Source of the DNA: Blepharisma stoltei ATCC 30299
Taxonomy: Eukaryota > Protista > Ciliophora
DNA length: 64,000 nucleotides
Direction: 5' to 3'
Assembly (NCBI GenBank): GCA_965603825.1
Contig: CBFDEM010000053.1
Coordinates: 124,001-188,000, forward strand
In this document: positions 58,012 to 64,000 of the stretch, piece by piece
Layout: each line of letters opens with the position of its first letter
Position numbering within the stretch: position 1 is the first letter of the stretch
Translations under genes and position numbers: made by a program
Notes under the pieces: generated by a model
Told to the model about the DNA's origin: nothing
Database searches by the model: none
What the model saw: only the letters and a program-made list of their open reading frames with translations

Positions 58012-61000
58012 ATGCCTAAAATTGGTGAGAAGCGAGACCGAGAAGAAGATCTCAGCTCCTCTGAAGAGGAAGAGCAAGAATTAGGGTTTCAAGATGCTTA
58101 CGAACAAGACGGATTTGTTGTTCCCGATGACCAAGTTGAAGAAGAGCCAGAAAGCCCTGAAGGCTCCTCAAACGAAGGAAAAATCAAAAAAAAGCCGAAA
58201 AAGGTCCGCTCCAGGCTTAAAAAGAAAGACAACGAAGACATTGAGCTCATTGAAAGCAACTTAGGAGTATCCTCAGCGCCAATTCACGCAAGGACTGCTG
58301 ACGAGCTCGAGGACAAGCTTTTCAGCAAAAAAGCTTTTAAAATTGAGCCAGAAGTAGAAGAAGAAGAGGAAGAAGAGCTGAGTGAGCCCTACAGAAGACA
58401 GAAAATGAGCGAGGGAGAAAGCGAAAATTCAGAAAGCTCAGAAGAAAGCAATGCTCAAGAGCTAGAAGAAAGGCCTAGAAAAAATTACAATATGGACCAA
58501 ATTCATGTAGCAGCTAATATTTTTGGTGTCGATCCTGAGCTTATTCCTCAACTTTCTGAAACCCGCTCTGAAGTATTTGAACCTGCAGAATGCAAAGAAA
58601 GATTCGCTACAAAAGAGGATGAAAATGTCAGGGACACAGACATCCCTGAAAGGCTGCAATATAGGCTTGCCAGAAGAGAAGTCACTGATGAGGCTGAGCT
58701 GAATTTAGAAACTGAATGGCTTTTACAAAAATATTTGGTGACGAAGCCTGGAATTCCTGAAGACTCCTTGCGATTGAAAATTTCATTATTTATAAATTTC
58801 TTTCGCATCGAGAAATATGAAGTCCCATTCATAGCAAAATACAGAATGCACAAACTTCACCCTGAAATTGAAAATAAAAGCGACTTATGGAATCTTTATA
58901 ACTGGGATGGGGAATGGGGATTTATTTATTCAAATAAGCAGCATCTGAATGAAATTTTAAATGAAGCCGCTTATAACGCTGTAAAGCTAGATGAAGGCGA
59001 AGAAATCCCTAAAGGTAGCAAAATTTTATATACAATTACCAAGCCTGGAGAAATTCCTGAGCAAGTAAAATTTTTGCTGGAATATACTTCGCCAAATGAC
59101 TATAGAATTGAAATAGAAGACTTAAAGAGATTCATCAACGTTTATGTGTATGAGTACAATGAAATTATGAATAAAAATAAGCAGCTAATTATGGATGCAA
59201 GAAAAAATAGGCTGCCTCAGTTTATAGAGAAAGCTAGCATTACTCCTTTGCAGTTGGCAGAAAATTTGCATAATAAAGAAATCATACACAAATCGACTAT
59301 GATCCACCTTACCCCTCAAGATATCGCTTTTGATTTGCTATGTGATGCTTATCCTGAAGAAATAAAAGTAATGGAAGGCTCCTCATTTTTGCTGGCTAAA
59401 GAAATTTCGAGTCTCCCTTGGGTTAGACAAGCCATATTTGAAGAATATATTAAAGTCACCAAAGTCATCACTTTTCCTACCCAAAAAGGAAACACTGTTA
59501 TTGATATTTTCCATCAGCTTTATCATGTAAAACACTTAGAAAAAGGAAAAGCTATTAATGAAATCAGCCCTGAACTGTGGGCTGACATATGAAAAGCTGA
59601 ACAAGCTGGACTGATTCATGTTCAATTCCGGCAGCCTTGAAAATCAGCTGATACTGATGGCATTATTTCATATGCAAGTGCTTTTTATTTATCAGAAGCT
59701 GAAGAAAGCAATGATACAGAAAAACAATGAAACGATTTTCGCATGCAAGTACTGCAAAAAGCTATAAGCGAAATATATGATGGTTTCGAAAAAGACTTGA
59801 GGGTTGAGCTGACTATAAAATCAGAAGAATTCATCATTAAACAATGCCAAAATGCATATTCTGAAATTATTAATAGAGGGCCTTACAAGTCAGATGATAA
59901 TGACAGATCATTGCCAAAGGTATTTGCAATTACTACTGATCCAAATGTCGAAATGTTTGGGCAAAGTTCTTTAGTTGTTTTGGATTCTAATGGAGAAGTA
60001 ATCGAAGCTCACAATTTCATGACACTTACCATTAGAAATTCTCCTGACTTCGACCGAGGCCGCTTTGAAGAGAAAAAAACTCGTCAATTTTCTCTATCAG
60101 AAAATGATAAAGCTATCTATGAAAGAGAAAAAAAGACTATAGAAAGGCTATTGCTCGATCATAACCCTCATTTTATCATTATAGGTGCAAACTGTCTCCA
60201 CAGCACAAAAATCAGAAAAAATATCAATGGGTTTGCAAATCGCTTAACAAGAGGCCAGTACAAAAAAAATAACTTTGACTATAAAATCGACGAAAAAAAG
60301 CTTTTGCAGTCTCCTCCCCAAATTTTCATGTCTGATATTGCTGTAGCCAAGCTATTCGCATCCTCACAGAGAGGAAAAAGGATGTTCCCAGACTATGATT
60401 ATTTTATAAAGCAAGCTATATCTTTAGGCAGATATTTCCAATTCCCTCTGATTGAAACTTTAGGCTTATGAAGCGATGTTAACGAGCAATTGACAACATT
60501 GCTTAGCTTGCACCCACATCAAAAATTAATCCACAGCAAGAGACTTGAACAAGCTTTAGAAATAACCGCAACAGATGTTGCTGCTGATTATGGAGCTGAT
60601 TTAAATGAAATGATCCAGCATCCTCATTTAAGGTATCCTCTACAGTTTATACCTGGACTTGGACCAATCAAGGCTCACTATTTGATAGACAATATTTATA
60701 AAAAACTTCATGGAAGATTAACCATGAGAGTCACACTCATGACCAAAAAGATTTTGTCACCCAAAGTCTATGAAAACTGTGCAGGCTTTATCTGCATCCC
60801 TATCAGTGAAAATGAAACTGATCCCCTAGACTCCACAAGAATCCACCCAGAATTTTACGATTTATCTAAAAAGGTCGCAGAGTCAGCTTTAGAAGTAAAA
60901 AGTGAAAAAAATGATGAAACAGTGATATACAGAATTATCGAAAAACCGAAGCTAATGGATGACTTGGACTTGCAGTCTTATGCAAAAGAATATTCAGAAA

Positions 61001-62631
61001 GAAGCCAAGGCAAAGAAAACATAATTGAAGTCTTAGAATTTATAGTTGCTGAGCTAAGAAATCCATTCAAACAGCCAAATAGAAAATTCGAGCCACCTAC
61101 CTATGAGCAGCTTATGTACTGGTGCTCAGGAGAAACAAAGCAAACTTTATCAGAAGGCAGCATTGTCCAAGTTACTGTCATGGACGCTGATGAAAACAAA
61201 GGACTTATCAATGCAAAACTTGAAAGCGGTATCCTTGGAATAATTGACCGAAAAAACATCATTGACAATGAAAACCCTAACGCCATTGATTTTTCTCAAT
61301 TTAAGCGAGGGATGAATCTGACTGCTTGTGTTCTCAAAAGCAGGGAAAAAATAGACATGAAAGATATGGAGGAAATTGTGTTTAAGGTAGAATTAAGCTT
61401 AAGAGAAGGAGATTTCCAAAGATATAGAGAAGGAATTAAAAGGAATTTAGATGAAGCTTTTGTTATAAAGAAAGAAGAATGGAATGAAAGAGCTGAGCTA
61501 AATGAAGATCAGTATAGAAAAGGACAAAAATATGTCCCAAGGGTGGTGAATCATCCGAAATTCAAAAATATTGGGTATAAGACTGCTTGTGAAATTTTGC
61601 AACATATAGGGGATTATGTTTTCAGGCCAAGTAGCAGAGGGTTAGATCATTTGACGTGCACGTGGAAGTTTTATGATATGGTGTTTGCACATTTGGATAT
61701 TGTAGAAGAAGGAAAACCGGCAACTAATATGCTTGGGACAAGATTCAAAATTGGGGATGAAGTGTATGAATCTTTACAAGAAATAATTGACAGATATGTG
61801 GTCCCTTGTGATAAGCTTACCAAAGAAGCAATTAGTCATAACAAATTCAGAGACTCTCTAAGTGCTGGAATCAAATTCTTAGAAACACAGCTACGTAACG
61901 AAAAACGGTCAAGTCCTACTGCAATTCCTTACTGTTTTACCATCTCCCCAAGTTATCCACAATTCTTGATCCTTATTTACATCCCTAAAGATAAAATTAT
62001 CACTGAGTACATCAAAGTGAAGCCAAAAGGCTTGTTTTTCCATGACTCCTACCACCCCAGTATCACTTTTCTCATTTCTTGGTTTAAGCGGCATTACCAA
62101 TCTTCCAGCTATCAAAGCCAATTAAAACGTTCTAAACCTCCAGAAATCGACAGTAGAAACCACTTAGCAGTTCCTGGTAAAGCTGAGCGCCCAATGACTC
62201 CAATTCACCGTATGGATAATGACTATATGCCAAGCACTCCTAAAAGAACTCCAGAATATGAAAAAAGTGACTGGAAATCCCAACCAGAAATTATCAAAGA
62301 TGAGCCTGATAGAAGAGAAAAAAGATTTGAAAGAGGCAGGGACAGAGGTGGAAGAAGAGGGAAAGGCGAAAGGAGAGAACAGAGAACTTGCCATAAATGT
62401 GGAGGAGAAGGACATATTGCGAGAGATTGTCCCAAAACAAGTGGGGAAAAGTGCTTTAACTGTGGAGGCGAAGGGCATTTTGCAAGAGATTGCCCAGAAC
62501 AGAAGATGAAAAGGGATGAAGAAACTGCAGGAGGACACCCAGAATGGGAAGATCAATGGGGAGCAGAGGAAACTGCAATGGATATAGAAAAGCCGAGGAA
62601 AGTACAAGAAGAAACTGATCCATGGGGGTAA
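58012..62631 (+). CDS. SPT6: transcription elongation factor/histone chaperone Spt6
   Basis: Acidic N-terminus (DGFVV), FEP.E, D+[39 protein letters not shown]1, tandem SH2 (RPSSRG.DHL); TGA=Trp at 59590, 59638, 59728, 60469; two CCHC knuckles. Confidence 0.95.
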
Positions 62632-62656
62632 TTAAAATATTTATTTTGAATCAAAT

Positions 62657-63145
62657 TTAAATATTTAATGTCTTTGACGGCCTTGTGCATATGAATCTCT
62701 TAATTGGTGTAGCTGTTAGTTCACGCATAGCATCTATCTCATCGTTATCAAAATCAGCAGACTTAAAAATATTGTTTCTCTTAGCTGAAAAATTAGGAAC
62801 ATTGCAAACACAAGTAAGCTCGTTAATGTCTTTGCAGGTATCATTAATTTCTTCTTTTATAGGAATATCAGAAACAGTGTGCCTGTGATAAATTTTTGGT
62901 GAATGAGAATTTGAGTTTATCTCATAGAGATGCCAAGGAGAAATACTTTTAGTGGGACTGTCAATCTTTTGTTTTTTTGATTTTTCTTTTCTTATATGGT
63001 AGAATGCACGTTCTGCCTTTAAAGAAGATAGCCTTATAGGAGTGAAATTTCTGACTGTGGTTATACTGCGATAGAAGGTCTTGGGTGTGGATGATAATTC
63101 ATCATTATAATATTTTTGCTTATTCATTTTATCGTGGTGGAGCAT
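62657..63145 (-). CDS. hypothetical basic protein
   Basis: 162-aa ORF, ATG to TAA, convergent with SPT6. Confidence 0.6.
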   Translation of the reverse strand: MLHHDKMNKQKYYNDELSSTPKTFYRSITTVRNFTPIRLSSLKAERAFYHIRKEKSKKQKIDSPTKSISPWHLYEINSNSHSPKIYHRHTVSDIPIKEEINDTCKDINELTCVCNVPNFSAKRNNIFKSADFDNDEIDAMRELTATPIKRFICTRPSKTLNI

Positions 63146-64000
63146 TTATGCTAATTGAGAAATAATACTAAACTACTTTTTCCCGTCATAGATTTAATGA
63201 AATTTCGGATTAAAAGATCTTTTACTTGCTTCTTTAAATAAATTATTTGCATACATAATTAATGATTGATTATTTATATTGGAAATATATTAAATTTTAT
63301 AGGTAGATAGCTGATTAGGTATTTAAAGTTAATACATTTATATAATGATTGCAAGAAATTATGATTATAATTAGTTATAAAATTATTGCAAACCTGAGAA
63401 ATAAGTCAGCTTACCTCCAAATTTTTATTTTTGATAGTCATTATGCTAGATTTTTTATCCTTTAAAGTTTTAGACTTATTGAAATATAAAAAAATTAGAA
63501 AATAGCGTATGCATTGAATTTATAATCTATTGGTTGAATTTTAAAAATTCATGTATTAAATTTGTTTTTTGATGAGTGGTTACATGAATTAAGTGTCTCT
63601 TCAAGGGATAGTCTTCTAAATATCTGAAGAAATTATTCATGTCATTTTGATAATTAAAATTTATTACAGAAATTAATGAAACCAAAGTATTAGATGTTTT
63701 ATCGAAATTCATTCTTATTATATTAAATAAGTATTTACTAAATAGAAAATCACTATTTTGAGAGCCATTATCCTTATTTACTTCTATTAGCCTGTGGTAA
63801 AAATAAATATGTTGCATCATATAAAATTATAAAAAGTCGAAATTCTACGATAGACAAAGCCATGCATATATTATGCTTAATTTTTTGCAATTATTTTTCA
63901 CATCCATATTTCTGTTCAAATTAATCATTCATTACATTCAGTATTTAATAACATAATATGAGACAAGGAAATCCAGTATTTGTCCCTGAGATCACAGGCT

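Noticed and set aside
279-62888. Numerous short antisense or overlapping ORFs in the track (e.g. 9269-9607, 19936-20379, 53341-53646)
   Set aside because: They are shadows of real genes on the opposite strand (S/F/L-rich mirror of E/K-rich coding), and many begin at non-ATG codons.
63527-63820. 97-aa minus-strand ORF
   Set aside because: Extremely AT-rich (N/F/I/K/Y-biased) with no motif; indistinguishable from intergenic sequence.
1-64000. Prokaryotic or organellar origin (UGA=Trp as in Mycoplasma or mitochondria), CRISPR arrays, operons
   Set aside because: The genes are eukaryote-specific nuclear genes with spliceosomal introns, and no regularly spaced repeat-spacer array was seen.

Overview
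Gene-dense, AT-rich eukaryotic DNA that reads as macronuclear DNA of a heterotrich ciliate, most likely Blepharisma-like (inferred from code and intron type, not from a database). Two rules explain why the supplied ORF track is fragmented. (1) TGA encodes Trp: I counted about 41 in-frame TGAs by hand, several at family-invariant Trp positions, and every complete gene ends in TAA or TAG. (2) Spliceosomal introns are only 15-16 nt (12 found, all GTA...YAG with an A 6 nt from the 3' end). With these rules the window holds about 38 protein genes. They include Pirh2, INO1, CFAP20, coronin, a CNBD channel, POLA2, GINS1, a POLD3-like protein, RPL7, B12-dependent MetH, MMAB, an ABCC transporter, an RBR E3 ligase, WDR12 and SPT6, plus one tRNA-Lys(CTT). 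The most interesting unexplained element is a ~730-bp non-coding tandem duplication between RPL7 and metH (21525-22976). Each copy carries a minus-strand, ~116-122 nt panhandle RNA with a ciliate snRNA-type upstream element (CCCATAA at -50..-56), a TATA-like box, a T-run and vault-RNA-like motifs. These are candidate ciliate vault/Y-like RNA genes. Other notable items are a TM + BAR-like + SMP lipid-transfer protein, a Spt6 with zinc knuckles and a WG tail, and a channel with a non-GYG pore.
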